From a virus, in the IMG/VR virus record IMGVR_UViG_3300027913_000404: DNA of 64,000 nucleotides; one strand, given 5' to 3'. Positions within the stretch are counted from its first letter, which is position 1. Each line of letters opens with the position of its first letter. Below the pieces are notes generated by a model that was not told where the DNA came from, did no database searches, and saw nothing but the letters and a program-made list of their open reading frames with translations. The translations under genes and the position numbers were made by a program. Shown here piece after piece: positions 15,536-25,388 of the stretch.

Positions 15536-15777
15536 TGTCCTTTCTGTCTTTTCTCGAAAGCCTATTTGGTGTCCCTGCCAAGAAGCCCGTCTCTACTCGA
15601 CAGCTGTCTTTGCACGATGAGGGCTACATCACCCAATTGCTTGCAGATCCCAAGCCGACGAAGTGCCCGCATTGTGGCGAACAACAGCCACCAGTGCAAC
15701 TTAAGACCCGCAAGCGCCGCATCACCGTCCTGCGCAACAGCGCAGGGGCGGTTCTTCACTACGAGATTGAGCCATGA
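15535..15777 (+). CDS. hypothetical protein
   Basis: TAATG coupling, CPHCG motif. Confidence 0.65.
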   Translation: MSFLSFLESLFGVPAKKPVSTRQLSLHDEGYITQLLADPKPTKCPHCGEQQPPVQLKTRKRRITVLRNSAGAVLHYEIEP

Positions 15778-15965
15778 AATGTGAACTTTGCAAAATCCAA
15801 AGTGTCATGCGCGAGGTGATGCAAATGATTGACGATCTGCCAGTTATCGGTGCGAATTTGCTTGACGACGCAGTAAGTGATGTTTACAACGCCGCCGATC
15901 TTTGCGTTGGCATGTTCAATCATTACCAGCCTTGTTCCAACAACGAAGAGGACAGCACCGAATGA
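15774..15965 (+). CDS. hypothetical protein
   Basis: ATGA coupling. Confidence 0.6.
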   Translation: MKCELCKIQSVMREVMQMIDDLPVIGANLLDDAVSDVYNAADLCVGMFNHYQPCSNNEEDSTE

Positions 15966-16171
15966 ACTACTGCCTGGACTGTCAATCGACTCGCATCATG
16001 TTTGGTAAGTGCTGCCAGTGCGGTAGCAATCGGATAGGAAGGTGGTTTGTACTGTTGTCCCCGGTTAATTCGAGTTAAGTAGGAATCGCACAGGTAGCGC
16101 CTGACGGCGCACTACCAGTTACACGCAAGCAGCCCCTGGCCCGGCCCAGGGGCATTTTATTCCAGGAGGTA

Positions 16172-16753
16172 GTGATGTACGTCACGTTACTCGATAGCAT
16201 CAAGCGCAAACGTTTTACCACGCCATGCGCAGCGTATGTAGAGCATGATAGTGATGGCCTTGTCTTGCTCGAACTCACAGGCGCCACGTCTGCCGTAGAG
16301 GCCATGTGGGCGCACATCGTCAAGGGGCGCACCGAGCGCAGCCTAACTCCGACGACGCTGCACTTCAACGTGGGATCTGTATCCCACAACCTGCGCGTCA
16401 TTCCCCAAACTAGCTACAAGCGGGCAACCTCACAACGGGATCGCATGATCATTCAGCATGAGGGACTGTCTCGATATCGCTATGACTACCTGCTGAAAGG
16501 CGACATGGATACCCCATCGCCATGGTTCTACCAGGCCCTGGCATTGAAGCTGCCGTATCCAGTGCTGAAGCATTGGACAAAACCATTGTGGATACACGCC
16601 ATTGATGGCAACTTGATAGTGCCAATCAAGACGGCATATGGCGTGTCAGCATGGACACTACATGCCGACGACTATTACCTAACAGGCTGGGAGAAACTCA
16701 TTACCAGCTTGATCAAGAAGAAAGTGCTCACTACGGAGGTACCCAATGGCTAG
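16172..16753 (+). CDS. hypothetical protein coupled to the methyltransferase-helicase gene
   Basis: AGGAGGT RBS, 193 aa, overlaps the next start. Confidence 0.8.
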   Translation: MMYVTLLDSIKRKRFTTPCAAYVEHDSDGLVLLELTGATSAVEAMWAHIVKGRTERSLTPTTLHFNVGSVSHNLRVIPQTSYKRATSQRDRMIIQHEGLSRYRYDYLLKGDMDTPSPWFYQALALKLPYPVLKHWTKPLWIHAIDGNLIVPIKTAYGVSAWTLHADDYYLTGWEKLITSLIKKKVLTTEVPNG

Positions 16754-19700
16754 ACTCGCCGGACTTGAGAAAGCCCTTTACTACCCCACTGATCTCGATA
16801 CGGTAGAACTCATCGCCCAACATGTCACGATTAGCGGGTATAGCAAGAGTAGTACATTCGTGATTGATCCCTGTATCGGTGAGGGATTGGCCGTTCATCG
16901 CTTTGTTCAAGCACTCAAGGGCAAGCCTTGGGACGACGCTGTTGCATCGATGCGTAGTAGTAGCTACAGCAGCTATGCGAACCAATACGCTAATGATGTT
17001 CACGCAAGTCGTGATCTGATCACCATCAAAGGCATTGAGTTGGACGCCGAGCGTGCCAAGGCTGCGAAGGAACTGCTGGGCGAGAAGAACATTCTCGAAA
17101 GCCCAATGGAAAATGCAGCCGTTGTCGACAAATTTGATCTTATGTGGTGCAACCCACCCTACACGTACAGCAATGGCCGGCGCGTAGAGTTGAATTGGGT
17201 AGAGCAGACATCCAACTACCTGAAGGACGGTGGCACCGCTATCTTCATCCTACCCGATATGTTTGTGAGCTATCGCAAGGATGATGGCGGTTATGGCCTG
17301 AATGAAGGGAAGTACGCGCGGGAAATGGGGACGTCACTGGCGAAAGCTGGTTACTCTTCCAACTTGTTAGTGTTGCGCTTCCCCGATTCGTCATACTCGC
17401 AGTTCAAACAAGTTGCGGTGTTTGCAACCAAAAATAACCGCAGCAGTGGATGCAGTGGTGATAACCATCGCCTAATTGTAGCAGGCAACGTTGGCGACCT
17501 TTTTACCTACGATCGCTATGGACAGAGGCGCGACAACAAGCACGGTTTCCGGCTGGACGGTGGCGTTGGCCGTACTGAGCCCACTATCACCCGCGCGGTA
17601 GAAGGACTGCCAAAGGAAAGCGTGTTCGCCAATGGAAACATCCCCGCCAGCATGATTGACTTCTTGGGAGATCCCAAAGGATTGTCCCATATCATGCGCC
17701 CACTGGCACCCATGCGTAAAGAGCACGCTGCACTGGTGGCTGCTGCCGGCATGTTCAATGGCGAGGTGATCGGTGGTAAAGCCATCAAGGGTAGCACTAT
17801 CAAGAAGGTAGTGCGCCACGTCACCGAGGGCAGCACCCAGGCGGGAACGAGCGTCTCCGAGATCGTAGACAGCGAAGTGCTGGCTGCGCAGCTTGCTACT
17901 ATCGACATGGAAACGGGTGAGATGATTGTCGTCAACTCTCTCGACGACAAAGAGGTGTTTGAGAAACTGCTGGAAGAACACGCTCACGAGTTTGTCGACT
18001 TAGCAGAGCGCCTCTATCCCCCCATGTTTACAGAAGCGGATATGGGACAGTACACAGAAGCGCTTAGCCACGTCCATGCGCCCCGCAAGATCAAGGGGAT
18101 ACAGAATGGACTGTTTCCCCAGCAAACATTCCGTGCTGCATCCATCCTCGACGGCTGGAAGCGGCACCATGTCATTACCATGGTTGGGGAAATGGGTGTT
18201 GGCAAAACGATTGTGGCTGCTGCGGCCTGTATCATCAAGGCTATGCAGCGTAAAGAGCACAATCGCAAGATCATCGTGTTGCTACCACCCAAGCAAGATT
18301 TGGTAAACAAGTGGGAAGAGGAAATGCTGCTGGGCTTGCGTGAGTTCCATCCAAAGGTGCGTAAGGTAGAAACCATTACTGACGTGCAAAAAGCGTTTGC
18401 CGAAAAGGGACTGGTAATTATCCTGATTCGGGAAACCACCGCCAAGATGAGTAGTGGTTGGGCACCTGTCTACATGCCAGAACGACGCCAGCCCAAGCAC
18501 ATCGATAGAGTTCGTCCCGTCCTCTGTCCCACCTGTGGACATCCGTTGGAGTTGTCGCAGGAAAAGCCAGAGAAGACAAAAGCGCACTGTGTCCGATGTC
18601 AAGCAGAGGGCAAGGACAGCGCCATGTGGACAGTCGCGCGGCGCACAACCAACAAGAGCGATGGGCCTGGCTACGCTCGCTATCCGTTGGCTAAGTACAT
18701 CCGTGATCACTACCGTGATCGGTACCTGCTGATCATCGACGAAGCGCACAACATGAAGGCCGCTGAAAGCGCACGAGGCTATGCGGCACAGGATCTGCTG
18801 GCATCCGCTCACCGCACAGTGCAGATGACAGGCACGCTCTACAACGGCATGGCCTCGTCGATCTACTTCTTGCTTTGGCGTGCACTGCCCGAATTCCGCA
18901 AGGTGTGGGGCTGGGCCGACTCGCAAAAGTTCGTCAATGAGTATGGCTTGTTCGAGAAGATCACCAAGCAGTATGACAACGATCGCTACACCAGCAGTCG
19001 GAGTGGATACAAGCAGTTCAGCGAGCGCATCAGTGAGAAGCCCGGCATCCATCCGGCCATGATCGCCCTGCTATTGCCCTCGACAGTGTTCTTCGGTATC
19101 CGTGATCTGGAAGTGATCTTACCACCCTACTCCGAGCATACTCTATTCGTGGACAAGCCGGAGAAGTTTCAGAAGATCGATACGTATCTAGATAGCATCA
19201 GGGCTGATGCAGTACAGAAGATGCTTCAAGACAGAGATATGTCCTTGATGTCGCAGCTTACCTGGGCTAAGCAAGGGGCCTGGGAAATGGCAGCAGAGGG
19301 TGATTACGTCGACGAGCACGTTCTTTCTCCGCTGGACTGCCCTTGGGACATGTGGACGAAGGAAGAAGCACTCTTGCGCCTCGTGGCGCAGGAGAAACGT
19401 GCTGGCCGGCCCGTCCTCGCCTTTGTTGGGCAGATCAATCGCCGGGATAACACTGGGCGATTGTGCAACTTGCTGGCACAACACGGGATGAAAGGTGCAG
19501 TAATGCGCGCCGATGTCAAGAGCCGGGTTGAGTTTGTGCGCACGGCAATCAAGGGCGGCGCCGATGTGATCTTCACCAGTGCAGAGCTAGTAAAAGAAGG
19601 TATCGATCTGTTCGAGCTTCCCACCTTTGTGTGGCTGTATGGTGAAAGTAAGACGTATCTCGTCCAGCAAGCCAATCGTAGAGCGTGGCGCCCTGGCCAG

Positions 19701-20060
19701 GACAAGGAATGCAAGATCTTCTACCTGGCCTACAACAAGACGCCGCAGGCGGAACGCATGGATCGCCTCGCCAAGAAGTTGGCGGCAGCACAGAGCATCC
19801 AGGGTGATGTACGCCAAGGCTTGGCCGCAATCTTGGGTGATGAGGACTTTGTAAGTCGTCTTCAGGATGCTACCGTCTCGACGGAGCACTTTGAAAGCGA
19901 CTTGACGATGGCCGATCTGCCGGAGTTGGAAGACTTCACCGTGACGACGACTGCGCCACCTCTCGTGGATGTAGTTGTCGAAGTGACGAGCAAGAAGCCT
20001 GTCAGAGTACGTGTCACAGTGGAAGAGATCCAGGGCTACGGCCAGTTGAGCCTGTTCTAG
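16746..20060 (+). CDS. amino-methyltransferase-like domain (DUF6094-like) fused to an SF2/SNF2-type helicase (DarB-like architecture)
   Basis: DPCIGEG, GIELD, NPPY; GEMGVGKT, IIDEAH, MTGT, EGIDL, QANRRAWRPGQ; C-terminal QLSLF. Confidence 0.88.
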   Translation: MARLAGLEKALYYPTDLDTVELIAQHVTISGYSKSSTFVIDPCIGEGLAVHRFVQALKGKPWDDAVASMRSSSYSSYANQYANDVHASRDLITIKGIELDAERAKAAKELLGEKNILESPMENAAVVDKFDLMWCNPPYTYSNGRRVELNWVEQTSNYLKDGGTAIFILPDMFVSYRKDDGGYGLNEGKYAREMGTSLAKAGYSSNLLVLRFPDSSYSQFKQVAVFATKNNRSSGCSGDNHRLIVAGNVGDLFTYDRYGQRRDNKHGFRLDGGVGRTEPTITRAVEGLPKESVFANGNIPASMIDFLGDPKGLSHIMRPLAPMRKEHAALVAAAGMFNGEVIGGKAIKGSTIKKVVRHVTEGSTQAGTSVSEIVDSEVLAAQLATIDMETGEMIVVNSLDDKEVFEKLLEEHAHEFVDLAERLYPPMFTEADMGQYTEALSHVHAPRKIKGIQNGLFPQQTFRAASILDGWKRHHVITMVGEMGVGKTIVAAAACIIKAMQRKEHNRKIIVLLPPKQDLVNKWEEEMLLGLREFHPKVRKVETITDVQKAFAEKGLVIILIRETTAKMSSGWAPVYMPERRQPKHIDRVRPVLCPTCGHPLELSQEKPEKTKAHCVRCQAEGKDSAMWTVARRTTNKSDGPGYARYPLAKYIRDHYRDRYLLIIDEAHNMKAAESARGYAAQDLLASAHRTVQMTGTLYNGMASSIYFLLWRALPEFRKVWGWADSQKFVNEYGLFEKITKQYDNDRYTSSRSGYKQFSERISEKPGIHPAMIALLLPSTVFFGIRDLEVILPPYSEHTLFVDKPEKFQKIDTYLDSIRADAVQKMLQDRDMSLMSQLTWAKQGAWEMAAEGDYVDEHVLSPLDCPWDMWTKEEALLRLVAQEKRAGRPVLAFVGQINRRDNTGRLCNLLAQHGMKGAVMRADVKSRVEFVRTAIKGGADVIFTSAELVKEGIDLFELPTFVWLYGESKTYLVQQANRRAWRPGQDKECKIFYLAYNKTPQAERMDRLAKKLAAAQSIQGDVRQGLAAILGDEDFVSRLQDATVSTEHFESDLTMADLPELEDFTVTTTAPPLVDVVVEVTSKKPVRVRVTVEEIQGYGQLSLF

Positions 20061-20061
20061 A

Positions 20062-21298
20062 GTCAACTACCACTGACTAAAGTCGATGGCTTGTCCCTGA
20101 AGATCGCTTGCCAGAACGGCAGGCGTCTTCGAGACGTATGGCGGATTGACAGCCGCCCGACCGATATTCACGGCCGCGTTGAGGTCTGCGTGGGCAGCGT
20201 ACCCGCAGGACCTACAGAGGAACGAAGATTGAGACACCCGATTGCCCTTCTCGCAATGCCCGCAAACCGAGCAGGTCTGCGAGGTGTAACGCGGATCGAC
20301 AGCGACCAGCGGAACGCCTGCGAGTTGGGCCTTGTACGACAGGAACGAGCGCAACTGATGGAACGCCCAGGAATGCAGATCATCGCGCTGCGAGCGACGG
20401 AGCCGAACACGACCACGGATGCCAGAGAGGTCTTCAATGGCAATCCCGCGGCCGGTGCCTTTCGCCTTTTCGACGATCTGCTTACTGATCCTGTGGTTCT
20501 CATTGGTTGCGAAGCGGGTTTCTCTGCCGGAGATCGACGCCAGTCTGCGACGGGCGCTACGGGTCCCATTCGACTGGAGACGCCTACGCTGGCGACGACG
20601 GCGCTTGCGGACGCCCAGCACCACGTCACCCGAAAAGATCACGCCGTCCGAGTCGCTGGCGATGTTCTTGATGCCCATGTCAACGCCCAGCCAGCCGTCC
20701 GGGTCGAAGGAGTCGTCCTCGACAACGTTGCAGACTTGGTGCAGGTAGAACTCGCCGTTGCGAAAGACGAGATCGCATTCGCCTTGGAGGCTGTCCAACA
20801 GTTTGCGTTGGCGATCCCCGCAAACGAACGGGATAGTCTGGCGCCCGCCCATCGTCCAGATCGAGACCGTGGACTTCTCCAGCTTCCAGGACAGAATGCG
20901 GTTGTCGTAGGTGGCAGACCCCATCTTGCGGAACGTGCGTTTGGTGCGCTTGTCGAGCTTGTAGCTGTCGGCGACGACAGCAATCACCCGGATGGCCGCC
21001 TGAGCGGTCAGGCCAAACCTCTCCCGGATGGCGTAGTAGGTGGCGTGGTGCAGGTCGTAGGCCCGGAAGGACTTGCTCATCCAAGCATGGCCGCTGATGT
21101 AGTTGGCGGCCTCGTTCCACGCCAGAAGCGTGCGGCGCAACGCATCCGACTGTTCTTCGGTAGGCTGGAGCTTGACCTGCGCTATCAGTTTCATGGGCGC
21201 ATTGTACCATATCTCATTAGTGACCACAAATACCAGAAAGGAGGCTGCGCTATTCCTCCACCTGCTCAAGCGGGTGGTTTCCTTGCGCGTTCCCTATG
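20062..21298 (-). mobile_element. IS200/IS605-family element, TnpB only (IS1341-like)
   Basis: left-end hairpin about 21248-21289 preceded by TTAT on the - strand; right-end hairpin ending TTGAC at 20062; no tnpA. Confidence 0.88.
20067..21194 (-). CDS. tnpB: RNA-guided endonuclease TnpB
   Basis: GVDMG, IAIEDL, YTSQTCSVCG..CRSCG..ADLNAA; RuvC D-E-D intact; ATG 21194 close behind TGGTACAAT. Confidence 0.95.
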   Translation of the reverse strand: MKLIAQVKLQPTEEQSDALRRTLLAWNEAANYISGHAWMSKSFRAYDLHHATYYAIRERFGLTAQAAIRVIAVVADSYKLDKRTKRTFRKMGSATYDNRILSWKLEKSTVSIWTMGGRQTIPFVCGDRQRKLLDSLQGECDLVFRNGEFYLHQVCNVVEDDSFDPDGWLGVDMGIKNIASDSDGVIFSGDVVLGVRKRRRRQRRRLQSNGTRSARRRLASISGRETRFATNENHRISKQIVEKAKGTGRGIAIEDLSGIRGRVRLRRSQRDDLHSWAFHQLRSFLSYKAQLAGVPLVAVDPRYTSQTCSVCGHCEKGNRVSQSSFLCRSCGYAAHADLNAAVNIGRAAVNPPYVSKTPAVLASDLQGQAIDFSQW

Positions 21299-21332
21299 AT
21301 AAGCCCCAGTCCTAACCGGGCTGGGGTTTATT
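21299..21332 (+). terminator. intrinsic terminator of the helicase operon (displaced by the IS)
   Basis: AGCCCCAG..CTGGGGTT stem followed by TATT. Confidence 0.65.
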
Positions 21333-21353
21333 GATTCTACTCACTGTCCAGAC

Positions 21354-21381
21354 TTGACAATTGTACAGTAGTGAGTATACT
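21354..21381 (+). promoter_or_regulatory. sigma70-type promoter
   Basis: TTGACA-16-TATACT. Confidence 0.75.
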
Positions 21382-21448
21382 GGGGGATAACAACTTGGAA
21401 CGCAAATTCGTAGCCCGGCTACGAACCATTTCAGAAAGGCAGACGATC

Positions 21449-21673
21449 ATGGACGAGGATCAAGCATACATGGCAGCGTTCCTCATCACCGGCGACCGTC
21501 TAGAAGCAGAGAATGCCAGGACACGCCAACGTGCCAAGCTCGCCGTCTGCCCTATTTGCGGCGACAACATCGAAGCTGGCGACACCGTGTTGGAATATCA
21601 GGGGCGCAATGCCCACCGTGATTGCGTAGAAGCTGGCGCAGAGATCAGCTACGCAGACTGTGGATTGTGGTAG
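21449..21673 (+). CDS. Zn-finger hypothetical protein
   Basis: GAAAGG RBS, CPIC..HRDC. Confidence 0.7.
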   Translation: MDEDQAYMAAFLITGDRLEAENARTRQRAKLAVCPICGDNIEAGDTVLEYQGRNAHRDCVEAGAEISYADCGLW

Positions 21674-21688
21674 AAAGGAACTAGAAAT

Positions 21689-21922
21689 ATGAACCGTCCA
21701 AATCTTCTCGAACATCGAAAGGTTAAGGCGTGCCAAGACAGACTAGAAACTGTACAGAACTTCATCGACTATATCTATCGTAATGGATACACCATTACAA
21801 AAGATGGCGTTGATCTGTACGACACCAAAACGGGCAGAAAGCTACCGTATTTCTTTTTCGAGATCGATGAAGTAAAGCTAGAACAAGAAAAGCAACAGGC
21901 CGTGGAGTGGCTACTACAATGA
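21689..21922 (+). CDS. hypothetical protein
   Basis: GAAAGGA RBS. Confidence 0.7.
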   Translation: MNRPNLLEHRKVKACQDRLETVQNFIDYIYRNGYTITKDGVDLYDTKTGRKLPYFFFEIDEVKLEQEKQQAVEWLLQ

Positions 21923-22137
21923 CTACTATCATCGAAGTGCTACAGGATAATGACGCCAACTTGCGAATCGCCAACGGTGATCGCTGGTTGGTTGGTGATG
22001 GAAACGGCGGCTGGATCGTCTATGACCGCACTCGATATGCCCGAAGCTCAATCATCGTCATCGAAACCACCGACGAGAGCTTAGCTGTTCGGGCGCTGTT
22101 GGACGAAGACAACGAGAAAGAGGAATACGGAATTTGA
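21919..22137 (+). CDS. hypothetical protein
   Basis: ATGA coupling. Confidence 0.65.
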   Translation: MTTIIEVLQDNDANLRIANGDRWLVGDGNGGWIVYDRTRYARSSIIVIETTDESLAVRALLDEDNEKEEYGI

Positions 22138-22205
22138 CGTTCAGCCACTTAAGGTAGTGGGTAGCGCCTAACGGCGCAGGTGTTGGTAAGAAAGGAAATA
22201 AGATC

Positions 22206-22445
22206 ATGAGACACCGCCGCCATAGTATCTGCATCATGTCAGGTTGGGATAAGACTTGTCGGGTAGACATTTGTAGGAGTGTCCCTGCACCAGAGTTCTT
22301 CCGCACTAACACATACAACCCTAGTCCCAAAAGTGCTGCACGCTTTCAGGGAGTCATCAATGATCTCTTGAAACAAACCCACAATCGCCCGTCCGTCGAG
22401 ATCACCATGTTGGGCGACACCCTGTTCGTAGACATCGAGGAGTAG
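22206..22445 (+). CDS. hypothetical protein
   Basis: GAAAGGA RBS. Confidence 0.65.
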   Translation: MRHRRHSICIMSGWDKTCRVDICRSVPAPEFFRTNTYNPSPKSAARFQGVINDLLKQTHNRPSVEITMLGDTLFVDIEE

Positions 22446-22449
22446 TACC

Positions 22450-23067
22450 ATGCCACAGGCAGACGACAGAACCGTCAATAACATCGCAGAGGCCATCGCT
22501 GCTAGTGGACGGTGGCACATCATCCATAACGAGAACCCGGGCTTTGCTACCATCGAGCGGCCCCGCGATGGACTTCGCATAGACATTCAGCACGTTGCAA
22601 AACAAAAGACACTGTTGGTGAAGTTGAACGTTGATCATATGAAGATCCAAAGACACCGGCAGGTTGCAGTAGGTGAGCGCCACTACTCCCGGGCGCGTGC
22701 CACAATGTCTGACGTGATTAGCGCCATTGAGCGGGTGGTGATGGGTGCAGAGGGAGAGTATCGCGAGCTGGTGTTGGAAATCAAAGAGAATGCCCGCTTA
22801 CAAGCACTAAAGATTGAGCAATTCCATGCCGTAGCCAAGGCGTTTGGCAGCGAAGTGAAAGGCCCGCCATCCTGGAAAGGTAAAGACGACGATTGGACAC
22901 CATCAACGTATATCGATACGTTCGGCCTGCACTTGCAGCTAGAACCAAGCTACAGTGGCAAGATCAGTATCACCGGTTTCTCAAACAGCATTGATCACGA
23001 GTTGCTACTGCACCTGATCCCCGTCATCAAGCAGTGGCAGAAGGAACAACAGGAGATGGCTGCATGA
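22450..23067 (+). CDS. hypothetical protein
   Basis: GAGGAG RBS, 205 aa. Confidence 0.8.
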   Translation: MPQADDRTVNNIAEAIAASGRWHIIHNENPGFATIERPRDGLRIDIQHVAKQKTLLVKLNVDHMKIQRHRQVAVGERHYSRARATMSDVISAIERVVMGAEGEYRELVLEIKENARLQALKIEQFHAVAKAFGSEVKGPPSWKGKDDDWTPSTYIDTFGLHLQLEPSYSGKISITGFSNSIDHELLLHLIPVIKQWQKEQQEMAA

Positions 23068-23246
23068 AACCAACGCTAAAAGTAGGCGATGAAGTTACCT
23101 ACAACGACATTAACCTTCGTAACTATTTCGGTGTAATCGTTGCCATCCAACAAGGCGAGAAGGGGGGCGATTGTAGGGTGAAGTGGACTCGCCCAGCAAG
23201 AGTAGAAACCGAAGATTGTTTGAATAACCTAAAAGCAGTGCCGTAG
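23064..23246 (+). CDS. small SH3/KOW-like protein
   Basis: LKVGDEV..GVIVAI..VKW pattern; ATGA coupling. Confidence 0.6.
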   Translation: MKPTLKVGDEVTYNDINLRNYFGVIVAIQQGEKGGDCRVKWTRPARVETEDCLNNLKAVP

Positions 23247-23251
23247 CCGGA

Positions 23252-23761
23252 CTACGATCCCTCTTCCAGCTCCATTACTTCCGGTTTCTCAACCCTAATC
23301 TCACGCACCTTGCCGTCCACAATCTGAACCGGTTCCCCAGTACCACCGAGGAACAGGTTCAGAAGGACGGCAGGGCGCTTTGCCTCTCCATCGGCTTTCT
23401 CTTCTTCTTTGCCAGTAGGCGCTTTGACACCAGCCAGTTGAAAGATTAACTGTGCTGCATCCATGCGTAGCTTTTCGTTCTTTGAAGTACGCAAAGTATC
23501 AACAACCACCTGCATTGCCTCGGCCAAGTGATTCGTGGCAAACTCGCGCCCGCTGCCCACGTTTTGCCAAATGGGAGTAATCTCTTCGAGCAGCTCCGCA
23601 TTGCTATTGTCCTTGATCCACGAACGGACAGTAGCCACAGACATGCCGAACTTCTCTGCAATTGTTTCCGCAGTAGGACGCCTACCGTTGGAGAAATTAA
23701 AGTATTCTCTCAAGACTTCTAGCTTGAGAGAATTTGCTTGCGCAGTTGCAATTTCATTCAT
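23252..23761 (-). CDS. HTH protein, possible terminase small subunit
   Basis: TAETIAEKFGMSVATVRSW HTH plus helical EKLRMDAA region; own extended -10 TGTGGTATAAT 8 nt upstream of ATG. Confidence 0.6.
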   Translation of the reverse strand: MNEIATAQANSLKLEVLREYFNFSNGRRPTAETIAEKFGMSVATVRSWIKDNSNAELLEEITPIWQNVGSGREFATNHLAEAMQVVVDTLRTSKNEKLRMDAAQLIFQLAGVKAPTGKEEEKADGEAKRPAVLLNLFLGGTGEPVQIVDGKVREIRVEKPEVMELEEGS

Positions 23762-23833
23762 AGATAACTATTATACCACACCCCCCGCTTGAGTGGAACC
23801 TTGTGTGATAAGTTGGGATAAAACTTGGGATAA

Positions 23834-24226
23834 CTATCCCCAGTTTACAGGGATCTCCCAACTACCATCGTCAGCCTTTTGTAGATCAAACGCGTTGGCC
23901 CGGCCAGCAGTGATTTGCGCCTGAAATTCCTTGCTACTTGCAGCAGCATCCAGCGAGCGCATCTTGGCAATGTACTCGCGCTCTTCACGCTCACGCGCGA
24001 CGCGAGCGTCGTGTATCTTCTCCGACATGCCAGCAACAAACTGCTTGGCAAGCACAAAAACTGCGGGCGCAAAAATAGCTCCAGGTGTAATGGCACACGT
24101 CATCACAGCCAGGTTTGCCGTTCGCCTGTCCAGTAGCGGCTCAAGCAGGAAGTATACCACTACGGCAAAAACACCAAACGCCACTGTGCAGATAAAGATC
24201 AGTTGAGTTAGACTTTTTTCAGCCAT
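23834..24226 (-). CDS. membrane protein (2 TM plus coiled coil)
   Basis: hydrophobic helices; start overlaps the FtsK-like gene end. Confidence 0.7.
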   Translation of the reverse strand: MAEKSLTQLIFICTVAFGVFAVVVYFLLEPLLDRRTANLAVMTCAITPGAIFAPAVFVLAKQFVAGMSEKIHDARVAREREEREYIAKMRSLDAAASSKEFQAQITAGRANAFDLQKADDGSWEIPVNWG

Positions 24227-25388
24227 TTTGCACCATTGCCCCGCCATCTGCAATGCCGCGCAAGACAGCGAGGGCTTCATCGCGAAGGCGCTGAGCCTTC
24301 TTTGTTCCACAGCCACCAATTATGTCTTTGGCAACATTGACAGAGATAGTACGGTTACGAGACTCCGCAACCAACCGGCCAACATCATACCACTCCGAGC
24401 CAACATCCTCAACAGGATCATCGCCATCATCCAACATCAACGAGCTGGCAGGTTCGGGAAGGGATGCAAGCTCGTCATTGGCCTGGGCCGCCACAAAGCG
24501 CTGCGCTTCTGCACCTTGGATAAAGAGAAAGTCGCCATAGCCCGATAACTGATGAGCATTCATCCCAGCCTGTCCGGACGCCAACACGCTATCGGACGCA
24601 GATACAACACGGCCAACAATCCGCGCGGTATTGGCAAGGATCATCTCGTTACCAACCACGGCCTTCGTTACCTTCTGCGTGCCAGCCAGCAGGTTGATAC
24701 CCAAAGATCTGCCCTGGCTAGTGATCAGGCCCAATGCAGTAGCAGCTTTGGCGTTCTCGTAGATCAGCGCAGCAATCTCATCGACTGCAATCACGGAGTC
24801 GCGGTAGCTGCGCAGGTCGGCGGCGATCTCTTGCAGATGTTCAGTCGCACTGGCCTGCGTGGTGTTGACAGTCGCAGCCACGCCATAGAACTGCATTAGC
24901 TCTGCCTTAGAGTCGATGACGTGGATGCGCTTTTTGTTAGCTTGCGCCACCTGATATAGCATGGTGCGCAGCAGGGTGCTCTTGCCACAACCAGATGCGC
25001 CGGCGATGAGCAACTGCGAGGTGTGCTCTTCGCCAAGATCAATGGTAACAGTGCCACCCCGCGTATCCAGGCCCATCGCTAATTTGCCGGGCGACTGCTG
25101 AATCTGTCCCAGCATGACAGGACGCCACGCCTGCTTGGGCATCTCAAATTCTGCCATTACAGTGGACAGGTAACGACTCATTCTAACGTTCTTCAATCCC
25201 GCGCGCAGGGCTACAGCCTCGCCAAGTCCAAGTACCTTGTCGAGATCCGCAGTACGAGAAAGGCGCAGGCCAAGAGTTAGCGTGCGCGGGCCATGGACTG
25301 GATTGCCAGCCCACGAACCGGACACTTGATACTCTTGTAGTACGCTTCTCAGGCACAGTGCAGCCATTTGCGCGGGTGAATTCATCAT
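24219..25388 (-). CDS. FtsK/SpoIIIE-family ATPase (DNA translocase)
   Basis: QLLIAGASGCGKS, VIDSK, VDEIA, GRSLGINLLAGTQ, A.QLSGYGDFL motifs. Confidence 0.88.
   Translation of the reverse strand: MMNSPAQMAALCLRSVLQEYQVSGSWAGNPVHGPRTLTLGLRLSRTADLDKVLGLGEAVALRAGLKNVRMSRYLSTVMAEFEMPKQAWRPVMLGQIQQSPGKLAMGLDTRGGTVTIDLGEEHTSQLLIAGASGCGKSTLLRTMLYQVAQANKKRIHVIDSKAELMQFYGVAATVNTTQASATEHLQEIAADLRSYRDSVIAVDEIAALIYENAKAATALGLITSQGRSLGINLLAGTQKVTKAVVGNEMILANTARIVGRVVSASDSVLASGQAGMNAHQLSGYGDFLFIQGAEAQRFVAAQANDELASLPEPASSLMLDDGDDPVEDVGSEWYDVGRLVAESRNRTISVNVAKDIIGGCGTKKAQRLRDEALAVLRGIADGGAMVQNG

Noticed and set aside
20091..21299. 402-aa + strand ORF
   Set aside because: Antisense shadow of tnpB
23801..23833. 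TG(T/G)GATAA repeats as DnaA boxes
   Set aside because: Two or more mismatches to TTATCCACA and no unwinding element; may be a local operator but unsupported
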